Assembly (NCBI GenBank): GCA_046563655.1
Contig: CM102285.1
Location: forward strand, 2,604,001-2,668,000
Length of the DNA: 64,000 nucleotides
Direction: 5' to 3'
Origin: Yuukianura sp. NJ FZ-2021
Lineage: Eukaryota
Shown: positions 29,901 through 44,585 of the stretch, in pieces
Position numbering within the stretch: the stretch's first letter is position 1
Layout: every line of letters begins with the position of its first letter
Position numbers and translations under genes: made by a program
Notes under the pieces: generated by a model
What the model was told of the DNA's origin: nothing
The model's database searches: none
What the model saw: the letters and a program-made list of their open reading frames with translations, nothing else

Positions 29901-32900
29901 AATTTTCATCTCTCCCATTTTTTTTCTGCTTCTCTTCTCTGACATCCAAATTCAAATCCTTGCTTTTCACTTTGTCATTCTTTCCATTTTTTGTGTGTTC
30001 AGAAATTTCTGTGCTGCTGCTGCTTTCTGGAAGATAAAATATGCGTAGTAGCTAACACAATAATTTCTAGTCATGAATTTTATTCCATCTCTGTTCCTCC
30101 CTACAACAATTTTTCTAAGTTCTGTACTATAGTGTACAGTATAAAACTTGAACAAAAATAAAGTCTGGAGAAAAAGTTTCCTTTTTCTATTTTTTTTTTC
30201 AAAGAAAACGCATATTCTATCTGCCTTCATGTTATTCTAAGAGATTCAACTGAAGGCTGGGCCAAAGCAGATGACAGACGACGAAGAATTCCCATGTGAA
30301 TTTAACTTTTGGTGAAAGCAGACTTTCTTCCTGCTGCCTCCCTTACGAAGGGATAAGGAGACCTGTCGTCTTTGGAATTCTGATCTCAAAATGTTTTACT
30401 GTCACACTCTGTCATGTTGGCTTCAAAAATGGACAAATCTTTGGGTTTTGCCCATTTGTGGCTGAATTCTGTGCGCTGTGACCTCAGACATTTACGCTGG
30501 GCATTGCTACACACTCAACTTCCTTAAGAATGTATATTTTACAGTTCTGTTCATAGTTTGCTGTAAATAAATATTGTGTACACGCACGAGTCAATTTAGT
30601 ATGTACAAATCATAGTAATTACAAAATATGCATGAGTTTAGTATTCTACGTCTTGCACGTATTTGAGTATTTGAAATATTATATGCTGCAGTGCACTAAA
30701 TAGCGGACGAATTTGGATATCTCAAATTATGCATACACATGTGCATAAAATACGTCAAGTATAGGTTTATGTATGCTGCACAAGTTCACCACCGTATGCG
30801 CACATTTCGTCTAACATTTGAGAATATACCACCTTATGCACTAATTTGAGTAACAAATGTAATACACACCAAGGTATAAATTCTGTGTTAATTAGTTCAA
30901 ATTATTACGTGTATGCGTATAATGTACGCAAATAAAATTTTTACGTTTAAAACCAGTTCAAACGAGTTATGCTAAAAGCGAAATTTATAGTAACTGACAG
31001 ACGCTGCTATTTTTTTCAAGATATTTGGCTTAATTCTTGCGCTTTCAACAGATCGTGCTCTTTGACCAGCTTAAAGGTTTCTCCTTTAGTTTGTCTCATT
31101 ATTCTGGAGAGTTGTGGTCGTCTCTGACCAAAGTTGAGAAAATGTAGAGAAAATTGAGTCAAGGAGAGATATGATCTGTCATGTGATTATCTTCGAGAAC
31201 TATTAAACTTTACGCCACTTGGACAGATCACGTTCTACCTAAAATTCCGCCTCATGTCCTCCAGCAGGTTTTCCAGAATCTCTCAAAAACTTTTTAGACG
31301 GACCAACGGAAGGCGTACGTGCGTGAAGAAAGTTTTGAGAGCTGTTGGGTGAAAATGAAATCAAATTCGTGTGGCGGGATTTTTCAAAAAGCTAGAAATG
31401 GTGTCTTCTTCTTTAGTTGAACTTCCGTATCCTAGGCTTCCCGTGCTTACTTTTATAAGTAAAGAGGACATAAAACCTCAACCATAATACTCGGCACGTA
31501 CGAACTTTGTGCTTATGTCCTTCATTCATACCGTTCCTATTTTCAGTTATACAAGGACTATAACATAACCTAAAATCTTGTTAGTACCCTATAGAACTTT
31601 ATGGTAGATAGCACTAATTGTACTAAATTAATGGCTTACCATGGATTCTAAACTTTATCTCAGCATCTCATTAAAAATTAATGTTCAATTTCAAAATGTT
31701 GAAATATTGGACTAAAACGTACTCACAAAAGTTAGTTTTTCCTTATGGTCGAAAAGCTTTTGTTCTATCACTTGGTTATGTTAGGTTGGAGAAGAAAAGG
31801 AGATAGAACGTTGGAATGTGGAAATTTCAGTTTCTTTGAAAATTTAAATTTACGTTGAAGTTGGGGTGAAGTTTTTTTTTTTTTTTTGAAAAAGAAAAAA
31901 GTTTTCAAACCGAGTTCAAAGGATTCTGTTAGAATTCAGCAGAAGACCTCCACCTAAATTGTCCCAAGTGAGGAAAAACTTTGGCAATATTTCTCAGGTT
32001 AATTTGAACTGGGATGAAAGGAGAGGAGCTAGTTCCCGCCCTTTTATTTTCTCGACTTATACTTTGTACTGGTTCTACTGCCGTGTGCTTCTACATCAAC
32101 GTCCGAGAACCGCTGCTCCAGCGATAAAAATACATTCAGCGCCGCGTCTGTCCAAAAAAAAAAACTGCTTCCGTCGGGTTCAAACTTTTCTCCTTTTGAA
32201 GGTGCTTTTCAAACGACGTGAACAAAAGAAAGACGTACGTTACGCGGATATGTTAGTTCCAAACGTCATTTTGAACTGACCATAAATTTGTATGGTATTG
32301 CCTACCTTTGCTAAAAAAAAATTTAGGCGCCGGTCAAAACACATGGAAACAGGTTAGCGCTAAAGTCGAACGTAACTTAATGAATACGCCGTCACATGTA
32401 AAAACCAAGATTTCGCTCCTTTTGTTACTTTAAATAGATACAATGACATCCTAAATCCTAAGATGTAAAACTAATGTATAAAATTTTCATGTTTTTGCCA
32501 TGTATAGATTTTTTCTGGCTTAGAAAATGTGCTTCTTATACAACTACTGAGCGTTGTACACGGAACTTTCTAAATAACAAGCAACATTCTTGTTGTTGCC
32601 TTTGCATAACAAAGGAAATACGTTTTAAAATTAACGCTTTAAGCTGTCCGTGATTTGGAAATTGAATGGTCAAAAATAAACAAATGGTTTGCGTGTGGAG
32701 AAGTTGAGGAATCATCTGGAATTGTTAAATTACAGTTCCCATCAATTTGTTAGGGTTAGAAACAAGGGAGAGAAAGGAAACGAGGTGATATATACGTAAC
32801 TTCGGAGTGAGTTGAGTTGGATATAAATGGACCCTATTACTATGTGTGCTGTCCCTACTTTTACTTTTGGTCTGGAGGTTGGAGGAGAAAACCCGGGTAG

Positions 32901-35761
32901 TTTGGGAAAGTTGGATGACGACGACCGGGGAAGTTCCCTCCTGCGCCTGCTCCGACTTTCCTGGTGCTCTGACCTGCCGGGAGATTCGTATTAAAAATTT
33001 GTCGGATCGATAGACCGAAGAGAGAGAAAGGGAAGTGGAGTGGCGGATAGCGCCCTTAGTCCAAATTTTGAAATTGAATGGGAATAAGCAAACAGATTTC
33101 GGGGAGCGACAGAGAAAATAACGTCACCGAAGGAGAAAGTTGTTGATTCCCGAAGCGCCAACTTTCAAATCAACAATTTCAAATTTTCAAATTTCAAAAG
33201 CAAATCTCAGACTTCTAATACAAACCCTGCCTTACTCAACTAAACAGGAGTCCTACTGCCTCAGCGGCAAGATCACCAATCTTCTGAGCTGTATTTCACA
33301 AAATCAAAATCGGTAAGTCACTTTTTACCGCTAAAAAGTTCTTTACATAACATAGACTGCGCTCAAGTCGTAAAAGTTAGGCGCGAAATTTGAAAATGAC
33401 GTAGTGGGCTACAGTCAATTAAGTTTTTACAACTTGAACAGTAAATAACGGCAGGGAGTCACTTTCGGTTTTTATGGTTCTTGGTTGGGTGACGACGTCG
33501 TCACTCCGGAAATGTCAACTTTGAATAAAAGTCTCATCTCACCCCACCGCTTCTATGTGAAGAGACGGGATGTTGGAATTTTCAATTTTCTAGGCGCGGC
33601 AAAGTTTGAATTTTCAAATTTCTTTCTTCCATCTCAAAACAAATGTCTTAACTTTCACCATAACCTTCTTTTTCCTATAAAGTGAAACAGAGAAGGGCGG
33701 GGGAGGTTAGTGTTTGGGGGGCAATTGATTCCCGGCTTTTGAATTCTCCCTCCTCCCTACTTTTCGTTTTTTTCTCGAGACGAAGAAGTGGTGGCATTGT
33801 GTTGAATTACCCGCTTCTGTGCGTCCTATCGATCCAAGAAGGGGAAAGAGTCACCAGACTGCAAACCCAAACCTAATCGTCTCCTAAGTCCTAACATCAA
33901 TACGATGCACATGAGACTAACAGTAGTAGAAACTGCAAAACAATTTTTTTTTGTAATTTCAACCATCCAGCTCTAGTTTAAGCCCGGGAACATTTTGTTT
34001 GATCTGCTTAGAAACATTCGATTTAGGTTTGGTGCATTGGATAAATAAAAGGATGACACAGAGCGCACGGTGGATTAAAACGCTGCACACGCAGGATGCA
34101 CTTCAGTCTGTAACCCTAGCATTTCGTTCTCGGTGCCCCTCTGTCCGAAACAATGGCGCGTTTTTTCTTGTTTTTAAAAAATTTAAACAGTGCCCTTCAT
34201 TTTTTAAAATTTGGAGTGGACATCTGCCTGTGGGGAAAGGGGTGCCGAGCAAGCCGTAAGCAGCGTACGAGCGTTCCGTTCGGTGTGAATTTCAGCAGTT
34301 GTAAAAATTGAACGCTTTTTGGCTTTCAAGTTTAAACCAGGAAAGTTTTAACATTCAAATTTTACCGCCTAAAGGTTTTCAAAAACCGCTAAGTTCCCAC
34401 ACAAACTCCCAAAGAGCAGCGTAAGCCATTGAAAGCTTTTCGGAATTTTCAATTTCTGCATTTTCTTGTTGAATGTATTTAAAAAAAATCCACCTCATTT
34501 TAAATTTCAAATTTTCTGAAAATCACGCGCCGTTTTTTATTTCCTTTCGCACATCGCTCACTACATTTTTGAAATTTTTAGACTGTTCTTTTCTGAGAGA
34601 AACTTTAAAAAAAATGTTGTATATTTTCAAAAATGACTATCAACACACGTTTTTGCTGCATTTTGAATGCAGGATACTACTTAAGTAATGAAACCGGTAA
34701 TTTGAACATCCACGGCATAAACTTAGCTAATGGAATTCGCCGTAGTGGTTGTATATTTTGATGTTTTGAACTTTCCCACTCAACTTAAATACTCCACTTC
34801 GTCACTTTCAAAAATTAAAAATGAAAACTTTTCGGCAGGCTTTTCGTTTAGGTTGATTAATTAGTATGATATAACAAGGAAGTTTTGAGACAACCAACCT
34901 GTAGGGCTGAGTAGAGCTAAATTGGACCTGAAAATACATAACATCCCTATCCATTTTGAGTGCGTTTTGAAAATCCCAAAAAGATTTCCCATCTGCACGC
35001 GATCCATTTTTATGTGTGCTCTCTTCACTATTGAAAGATGAATGAATCACAAAAATTTATCCACGAACGAAATCACAAAAAAACACAATAGACTTTCAAC
35101 TGCTGTCCAACATCCAAACAACAATGAGTTCAAAAAAACCCGGGTTTTTTCTCTCCCTCTATACGTTGACACCCCCTGCCTCTCCGGCGGCTGCTGGATT
35201 TCACACAGTTGGATGAGATTTGCCATTCAAACTGATGAACGCTCTGGTCGAGCAGCCTTGATTAAAAATCGGAAGAATGAAAAACCCGGGAACTAATTGA
35301 ATCCGAAATCGATTTGGAAAAAGCGGAGAATTCAACTGGAGAGCGCACACTTATTGAACAGAACAAAAATTTGAAGTAGTGTGAGAAAGTGAACACATAG
35401 ACTTCAAATTATCCGAGTGTTGTTATAGGTTTTGTGAAGCGACATATTCATGCTCAACCACATTTATTTTTCAAACCTCTCATCAATTTCGGTTGTGCTT
35501 TGCCCAGCGTTCTTTCAAAATTTTTGTTTTGGTGTGCATTCTGCACATCACATGACATTTCTCGCATGATAACTTTATGAAAGAACACCGATGAATTTGA
35601 CAATTGGTAAATTACTGGTTTCAAAGTTCCCAGAAATTATTGGGTTTCGATCGCACGCTTTGCGTTTTTGAGAAATCAAATGAATTGTTAAACGCGGGCC
35701 CACGTTTGTAGTTGAGTTTTTGAAAGTTGGCGCAATTTCCTCCCATAAAAAAATTGACCTC

Positions 35762-35774
35762 CGGTCATTGACCT
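35762..35774. promoter_or_regulatory. IR1 EcRE-like element
   Basis: CGGTCA-T-TGACCT, one mismatch to PAL1. Confidence 0.35.
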
Positions 35775-38700
35775 CTTGCACACATCAAGACACGTGACTT
35801 AATGTGTGAGAAGTGTATAACTTAATGCAAGTAAAGGGAAGCAGGTGGGACAGGAAAATGTTATTTTGAAAGTTCCGTTGCTATGCAACATGATCTTGAT
35901 CATCTCAAACTGATACTGGGCGGCTTAAGCATAATTAGACTTGCTCAATATCAAAATCATTAACATACATTATGAAACATGTTCTACAATGTTTAAATTT
36001 CTATTTTAAAACGCATTTTGGAGACGTCTTGCGCAAATCTGAAATTCCTGTTTTAAAATTTTGAATTCGACAACTTCAGGAAGATTTCAATTAAAAATTC
36101 AAAATTTGAGGTTTTGCAGCTGCAAGAAGGGCGGTTTTGGTATATTATGAAAATCAATGAAACATAAAAAAAATTTTTAATTTTGAAACCGAGAGGATTC
36201 AATTTGTACTTGACGATTTGCAATGGATTTCAGACATTTCATGTTGATTTTGTTGTTTTTATGTACAAATGCAGTGGTGCAATATGTTTGTTTTTGAATT
36301 TTGATATAAAAACTACTTTTTCTTTTCCTGTTTTGGATTCCATGATTTGGATTTCCTTCTACTTCACAATAAAATAATTTATGAAGCTCAATGGATTTGG
36401 GTTTGGCATGAGAATTCAATTTCAAGTACTTCCTTTTTTACTCTACATAGTATGTATTTTCTCCAAAAACTAAAATGGAAATGTTGATTCGTATTGATTT
36501 ATTGCTTTAGCACTCTCCAAAAATACAAAGTCTATAATATGCTTTTTCCTTCCCAAAAAAAGTAACCTCACGCAAAGAGAAAGTAAAAAAGCCACCGGTT
36601 GCTAAATTCCATTTGAGAAATATGTCTCCTGTCATTCCCCTTGAAATGGAAAAGTAAATGGAAGATAAGGAATATGTCAGTTCAAATAATGTGCATTAAC
36701 TTAACTTAACCTGCCATATACTATTCAAGCAGAAATGACATTTGACCTCACTCTGCACGGGAATGAATATAAGCTTTGAACAAAAGAGAGGAAATGAAGA
36801 GAAAAGGAAACGTTTCAATTTTTGAAATTTTTTTGGACCAAAAAAGGAAGAGATACAATTTGTAAGTGAAAGTAAATTTTGACACATCCTTGGTTACCAT
36901 TTCTTGATGGCGCGACTTTTACTTTAAAGTGAAAGTTGTGCATTGATGTTAGTCGAAAGTGAAAGTCCCGCATTTTGAACTTTCGGAATGTTTCACTTCA
37001 AGGCATTCAATTCAGGTTTTGAATTTTCGCTTCTTTCCAAAATAAAAAGAAAAAAAAGAATCTATCGCTTTTTTTCTTTTTTGAAAATCCTACTCCAAAA
37101 TGTCTGCTCATCCTCTTGAATCCTTGTGATGTCGCAAAGAGTTTTGCATTTTGCCCAACTCTAATGTAGAAATGGAAGGAGACGGGTGTGAATAAGAATC
37201 GATTTGCTGGCGGCTGTGTTTGAAATTGTCCCTGAAGCCAAACCTAGCTAGTATCGCTAACTTCTCTGCAACGGTAGTGTTAGAAGCGCTAGACTCAAAA
37301 TTTGAATTGCCGAGTTGTGCGCCGCGGGATTTTTTTTCCTTTTTGTATACGTACCTTGTCGCATCGTCGTTTCTAGGTTCTAGTGCAAGGAAAATCATCA
37401 GGGGAAAAGACTTTTTTTAGAGGTACGCGCCAAGTCCAACTCCCGCGGGACTGCTTTTCCTTTGCCTTCCATTTTCTTTCCTCCCCTCTTTATCCCATTT
37501 ACTACTTTCATCTTCATGAAAAGAGAAAACTTGTTCAAGAGGACTCTAATAACATTACATACAATTCTTTCCTATTCTTTGGGTAGAAGAGCCAGGAGGG
37601 CAACTTTTGGAGTTGCGCTGGTAAAAAGCTTCACTTTTTTGGCTAAAAAAGAAGGTGGATTTTTTCAATTGGAAAACTCAACAATTTTAGTGTTATCGAA
37701 CAGGAGGAGAAAGTTGAGAAAGCGGGAAGGAAACAAAGAAAAATGTCTTGGATTCTGGAAGGATTTTGAAGATTGGGACGTATGGGAAACTGTTTCCTTG
37801 ATTTTATCTTCGTGGTTCATTGCTTTTTAAAATCCCCGCCACTTTCTTTCTCTTGCTTTATGGTGCTACACCTTTTGTTTTTTTCAATCGAACTAAAGCA
37901 TAGATTTCGACAAAAAAAGTAACGATTTTAGAAGAGTTTAAAACTTTTCGATAAAACATCGATTTCCAAACTTTTGTAATCAGGGTGAAACATTCTTTTA
38001 CTTCCCTTCTCCCGGCAATTTCCTGGGGTAAATGTACCTAAACGAATCACCAATTTAAAAAAGACTTAAATTTAACGTAGCTTTGATAAAGTAGAGTAAT
38101 CCTACGTGTGACTTACGCTTGTAACGTTCGTCATACGTGCGCTTGCAAGGTTGTTTGAAATATCTTACCTACCTTAACTTAGAAAAACAATTAAATGAAA
38201 TTAATTTTGCCAAAAATTCAGTTGAATTGAGAAAAAAACGATCTTAAACACAAACTGGCGTCTTTTGGAAAGAACAAAGCAAGCAAAATACATATTTATC
38301 TAAAATACAGAAGTTGAAGTTACTTGAAACTCAATTGTTAGGGTTAGGAGAAACTCAGGATTAGTTACTCAAGTTGAGCATACCAAAATGCGTAAAACAC
38401 AATGCGCTAAGGGTAGTTCGAACACAATTTTGGCACATGTTAGCCTACGCTTTTGAATTCTAAGAGCTAACTTTGAAGTTAGGAAAGCTTTTGAAATAAA
38501 TTTAAACTTTCCCCTAGTGTTAACCTAGCCTTTGTTAAAGTTGAATTTCTAACGACGACTTAGCCGAGGAACTGTTGATTGATAATTAGAGTCGACATGG
38601 ACACAATAGGGTGTTGGAAAATACCAGTCAGAAAATGCTGAGGCTGAGCTCCAATTACGCTTCGTCCGAGAGAGATCCAAAGATGAATAGGAAATCCCTC

Positions 38701-40000
38701 TCCAAAGGGAAGACTTTGGAACGTCATTTCAGTTCATTAGTTGACGAGATACTTGGAATGGGGTGACAGCTCCCCCCTCTGTAGTCGACTCAATACAATT
38801 AATTAGTATCTTAAGGCCTAGGAATAAGTTCAGACATAGTCTATAACCCATTACAGAGTTCTAGAGAATCTAGAAAGTACAAAGGGTTACCTTAGGAACT
38901 CTCCCGTTTCAAAATGGAGGAAGATCCAATTCAAGTCAAGTCCAATTCAAATCTTCTGTCCTCTCTTCCCTGTCAGGCCCATTAAAATTAAATTGAGGAA
39001 ACTCGGGAAAAGACTAGGTTGAGTCTAAGCTTCTCAAAGGTCCAAGTTAGGCTAGACTAATCCAAAAGCTCATTTTCCATTGAATCCGGCTCCTTCTATT
39101 CTCCAGTTCTTCTCTCCATCCGAAATGTTACTTGACTGTTGTTAGTTTAGAGAAAACGAGGGAGATTAAGTTAGGGCGGGAACACAAAAGGAAAGTTTGA
39201 AATAGGACCTGGTTATCCCACTTTGCTACTAACAGCAACGCCAAAGATTAGTCCACAAACTAACAACTTTGGATTACCAGCGGGCTTCTAGCTTGAACAT
39301 GGGTTGAGCACTCCCATTGTAACAAATTGTGTTATTTTCTCAATCCTTTCTTGGGTTTTGCAGTTCCTCTTAATCCAATTACGCACAACAAATTTAACCT
39401 TTTGTTTTAACTTTCTGTATTGACGGTGAAATTTGGTAAGATTTGAAATTTGATTCAGGTACGTCGAAGGCAAGAGCAATTTGGTAAGGTAAAATGTTAG
39501 GCAGGAACAGGTACATTACGTAAACATTAATTTGGCAACACGGCAAATTTGGTACACAGCAATTTGGTAACCAGGCACCTCAGTACTAATGCTGCCCTAA
39601 ATTTACATTATTTTAGTTGCATTACATTGCGATTGCGTATACCAACCGTTACATTACTATTGCATATATTGATTGCAGAGTATACAGTACTCGTAAGTTA
39701 CCGTCAAATCATATACTTACATTACTGATTTGAGGACCATCAAATGTACAACATTTACCGCACTTTACATAAAGTACGGTAAATGTTGTACGTTGATTTT
39801 TTTTAATGTTGTAGGCATAAAGCCACATACATTTTTGAAACTGATTTTGGAAAATACTATTTTTTATTTCAGTATACGTTCATGCCAGAATTTGAGCCAA
39901 AACTTAAATAACCTCCACTTGAGTCGTTCAAATTTTTTAGTTTTTGTATCGTTGAAGGGGAAATTTGGACTATACTTGAAGTGTTTAACGGGTAACCCAG

Positions 40001-40013
40001 AGGTCATTGACCG
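40001..40013. promoter_or_regulatory. IR1 EcRE-like element
   Basis: AGGTCA-T-TGACCG, one mismatch to PAL1. It has the same half-sites as the 35762 element, in the opposite orientation. Confidence 0.35.
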
Positions 40014-43000
40014 AAAAATGGAAATGAATCAGGTACTACGTTAGGTAGTGGAGGGGGACTTATGCAGGGTACATTTTTTACGGATCGTTCCTTAATAATC
40101 ACACACAGTTCGGCGAAACGTTGCAGTCACCCCTATAGTGACTCATGTTCCCCCTTCCACTGCTTCTTCAGCAGAAACCGTAGCCGCCAAATTCAAAAAA
40201 TGAAAAGCTTGTAGGGATTGAAGGGATGAAGGGAGAGGGGGATGGTTTGGTTCTGATTGTTTTGAGATTTTTGTTGTCTTTCCCTCTTCCATCCCTTCCA
40301 AATTTTTTTTTGGGGGGAGGGGGGCCTTTCACATTTGGGGGGAGAGAGATGGAAGTGCGGGCCTATTGTTCTCCCTTCGCAGGGAACACGAACAAGGCTA
40401 TCGAATCTGCTGGCACGCGTCACTCCAGGGCTTGGCAGCATGCCATGGTCCAGGGTCCATTGACTGGTTAGGGGATCGGATGATGATGATAGGGTAGAAG
40501 AGAAAGTGTGTGCCAAAGGGACATGAGTAACTTGGGTATTACTTATTGTGGAAAGGATGGGGTGATGTGAGACTTTCGTAACAATATCCTGAGGAGAGGG
40601 GGATTCGAAATGGGAATTGCACAAGGGTGGTGCGGGGCTGGATTTAGGTCCACTTTAGACCAGAAGAGCTTCTGCACACTAACCCTATTTAACCGCTCCT
40701 GCAGCTGACACCATCTCTAGAGAAATGCTTTACGAGAATACCCGCCTTAGAAGTACAGCGTGCTCCACAAGTTTCTGAACGTCATTTTTTTTAGTATTTG
40801 ACTCATAAGAAGATTCCTGTTATCATAAATTCCACTGCTTACGTAATGCAAACTAAAACTTGGGACCGTTTTACTGTTTTAAAAAAAATGTTATTTAAAA
40901 ACAGCGCAGAAAAAATTCAAAACACATGCCACTAAAAAAAAAAGTATCAAATTTACGTCTTGGTAGATTTATGTCTTTGGTATACATATGTATATATGTT
41001 TATAAGAGGGGGCTCACTACCTATTGATTAGGATAGTGAGGCCCACGCTGAGCATGCGCTATATGGCATATTTCAGTCTCTCCTAGAAAAAAATGTCTTT
41101 GGTAAAAACAGCAGGAAAAATGGGTTTCTTAATTTTTTTTTTTTTTGTTCCTTGAACTTTCTCTTTCAGATTTTGTTGTTCCTGCTTTCTCTGATTTAAT
41201 TTTGTTGCTTTCTTTTTCTTCTACAAGAATGTTATTGAAAATCCGGATTTCTGATTTAGAAGATTTATGAGCTAAAAAATAACTATATAAAAACCGAGCT
41301 TTGTACCGAGCGAAGCTCATCAGAAACCGAGCTTTAACGAAAGAGTGGCGACAGGATATAATTCATTTTGGAAATGAAATCCAGTTCAATCGAGGAGCAA
41401 TAAAAGGTTCTGTAGACTCTGCTGTTATTTGAGTTTTGTGGACATTTTGTAGATGTGAAAACAACCATGCGTTGCTACTTGGGCAAAAAAGGAAGAAAAA
41501 TGAACTGAGAGGGATAAATTGATGTCCATCTTCGCCTCGTCATTCCATCTCTGTCTCTTCTTTGTTCTTGACTTTCCTCAGGAGATAAAACCTATAGAAA
41601 GAGAAAAAGAATTACCCGGGAGAAATTCGGGGGAAAGCAGAAATTCGGGGATTGGGAGAGAAAGTGGGCGGAATCCTATTGATTTTCGTCTGTAAATTAC
41701 GTGATTAGCGTGAAGCACGAAGGGGATCTCTGAAGAAGAAGGATTATGGGACTCTGTGGCTCATTTCTCATCCTTCCCCCTTAAATGTCCTCCCCACAGA
41801 CACCTTAATGAAACCACCTTCGACGGAACGGCACTAATTGGATTCACTTCTTAATGAATCCCTTGTGGTACGAGAAAACGGAACAAATTTGAACTTTGGC
41901 GCGCACTTTTGAGGTTGGTGCTTTTCGCTCGTTGAGTTTTGAAAGCAACGACACGACGTAAAATTCTGATCATGTTTGTATTGGCTGTAAAAGGAAGATA
42001 AAATAGTAGGAATTTGCAATTCAAATCCTTTCCTCCGCCCGGAAGGGAGAAAGTGGTTTGTATGGAAGAGTGAATTCAAATTTGGAACGCGCGCCAAAAT
42101 CGTGTCTTTAAACTCAACACTTTTTTGTTCGTTCTTTTCCTGCACCTTTTGATGTATCATAAAATTTGTAATTTTTGAAAAATAAAGTTTATCGCGCTTC
42201 TGGAGCGAACGGAGGCTTTCAATTCAAAAATAAATCCAATCTCATCAACATGGCCACTCCCAGTTTCATTTTTAGGACCGTGTAAATAACTTACATAGGT
42301 TAATTTTGTATTCAACTTTGAATTTGGCGCTATTCATGTGGATTTGGCAGACCTTATGTTAGGCAGATTAGTTATTCTTTGTATAGTTTTAAACCGTAAG
42401 AAAATAGAAGTTTCAGTTTTCGCGTGTAAATTTACGGCGCATAGTAAACCACATGTGTTGTCTTTCCTGCTTCAGTTATGTTAAGAAGTTTAAAATGAAC
42501 CGCGCTCCAGAATTTAAATCATGTGTTTACTCATCAACCCGCGCGTTCCTGTCATGAATATTTATTTGGGCTTAGAGATGACAGGAACCGCCGGAATCAA
42601 GTGAGAAATAGTGAACAAAAATTTTGAACAATTTCATTCCATACTAATTTAAATTCTGGCGCTTAAAATGATGATGACGCAGAGAAATTTAAATAGACTA
42701 AAGTTTCGCTACGATGAGCTTAAACAAAGGGCATTCCCACACAATAATTCTTAATTAATATTCCGTTGGACAAAGTTTCAATTTGAAAGTTGGCGTGATA
42801 AAGTGAAATTGGCGGGTGAAAATTTAAAACGAGCTAACACTAGTTTCAAACTTTCACTTTATAATTATCTTCTCACTTTTTTTTTTAGAAAGGTTAAGCG
42901 TGTCGAGACAATAATTTTTGAAGAGGAAAGAAATAATGAAGTTGTTGCGTCAGTTATTTTAGGCGGGAGATTTAAATTTTTAGGAGCAAAAAAGTGCCGG

Positions 43001-44585
43001 AAAGGAAGAAAAAGTTGACATCCTCATTAAATGGAATTAAAGTGAGGAAAAGGAAGGCTTTAGCTCCTGCTTTTATTCTAAATTCTGCGGAAAACAAAAT
43101 TTCAAAAGTTCCCGCGCTCTTTTTAGACCAAGTTCTAACAAAAGAGGAAGTAGACTTGAAAAGAAGCGGAGAGAAAGTCATTAGTTTTCTTTTCCTTTTA
43201 GGAAGTTCAAATAGAGTTTTCTGGATAGGAAAACGTCGGGCCTTGGCAGTAGCGCGGTTTTTTAAATTGGAAGTTACTGCGCGCCTTGTACTAGAAAAGA
43301 GAGCAGGGAAACGCCATCATTTAGAATCTAGTGAGACGACGTCGTCAACCATAATAGAAATTAATAGTTTTTTCAAATTGTCGGAGTAGTATGAGACAAG
43401 TTACCCGATTTTTCCATTAACCTACAAGCGACGTTGGACTGAGGTGATGATGATGTCAAAAAATACTTTTGGCGGCAAACAAAGTTTCTTTTGAAAATGA
43501 ATCCCGTTTGCTGTGATTTATGGAACACGTCAAAAATTCACAGTTTTCAAAACAAAACAAAAGTTTTCAAAGAAAAAAAAAGAAGTTAAAAATTCAACAT
43601 TTTCAGAAACACTGTAAGACATATTCTTAACTACTCGTTATCACAACATTATTATCTAATGCAACATAATGTAACAATATAACACAACGTGATATACAGG
43701 GTGTATTGCATAATTTATACTAACATTTTAGGGGTTTTTCAAAAGTTTAAGAGAATCAAGGAATTCAAAAATTCTGATACACAGAGTACAAATCGTATTG
43801 TACAATACATATGACGTCACCGTCACCATATGTATAGCGGGCGGTAAAATTTGAGTTGGTTTGAAATAAATTTGTGTGAGTGATTCACTTACAGCTAATG
43901 TCATACTCTAAGTTCAGGATCAATCACAACTGTCATCCGAAATTGAATTTTGGAGCCAACACATCTGAGGACCTCCGAGCGCATTCGACTGAAAGTTTCT
44001 CACTTTGCCCCGAGTCAGTCTTCCTACCAATTCGTATCCGTATATTACGTTCTTCCATTCGTTAGATTCTGATGGTGGTGGGAGTAACAAATGAGTTTTG
44101 GAATTTAGAGCCCCATTTGCTCCAATTCAAATGGATTTAATTAAATTCCTTTAATTTATTTATTTGAGCAGATGGAGAAAGCCTCTGTTGATTTCCCAGC
44201 CTTTCGCGGATGCCTCTGGTGGTGACTTTCTTCACTTTCACTTTCAGAACTGAACCGAATGTTGGTTTTATGTGACCATAAAATGCAAATCGGAGGGTGA
44301 CTCCAGTGGAGGTTAATGATAGGAAATCCTCTTGCCTTCGGAGGGATCCTCCAACGGAGGAAGGAGGAAGAGACCTCCTCCTCCTGCAAATCGTCATTTT
44401 TTGTGCTGAACTCACTGGAATTAATTTTATGACGGAAAACGGAGGATAAAATCAAAATTAATGGATTGTGAAATTCTTCAAACTTAAATTGTCTTCAGAT
44501 TCAATGGTGGCGGAGATTCTTCTAATAGCACTGGATCTTCTCTAACTCCATTCCGAGTACCAACACTTGTCATCGTTTTCCGGGC

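Noticed and set aside
32815-33320. TATAAA at ~32822 and a splice donor at ~33314 as a putative first exon of pri-mir-124
   Set aside because: These motifs are too common to assign without transcript data.
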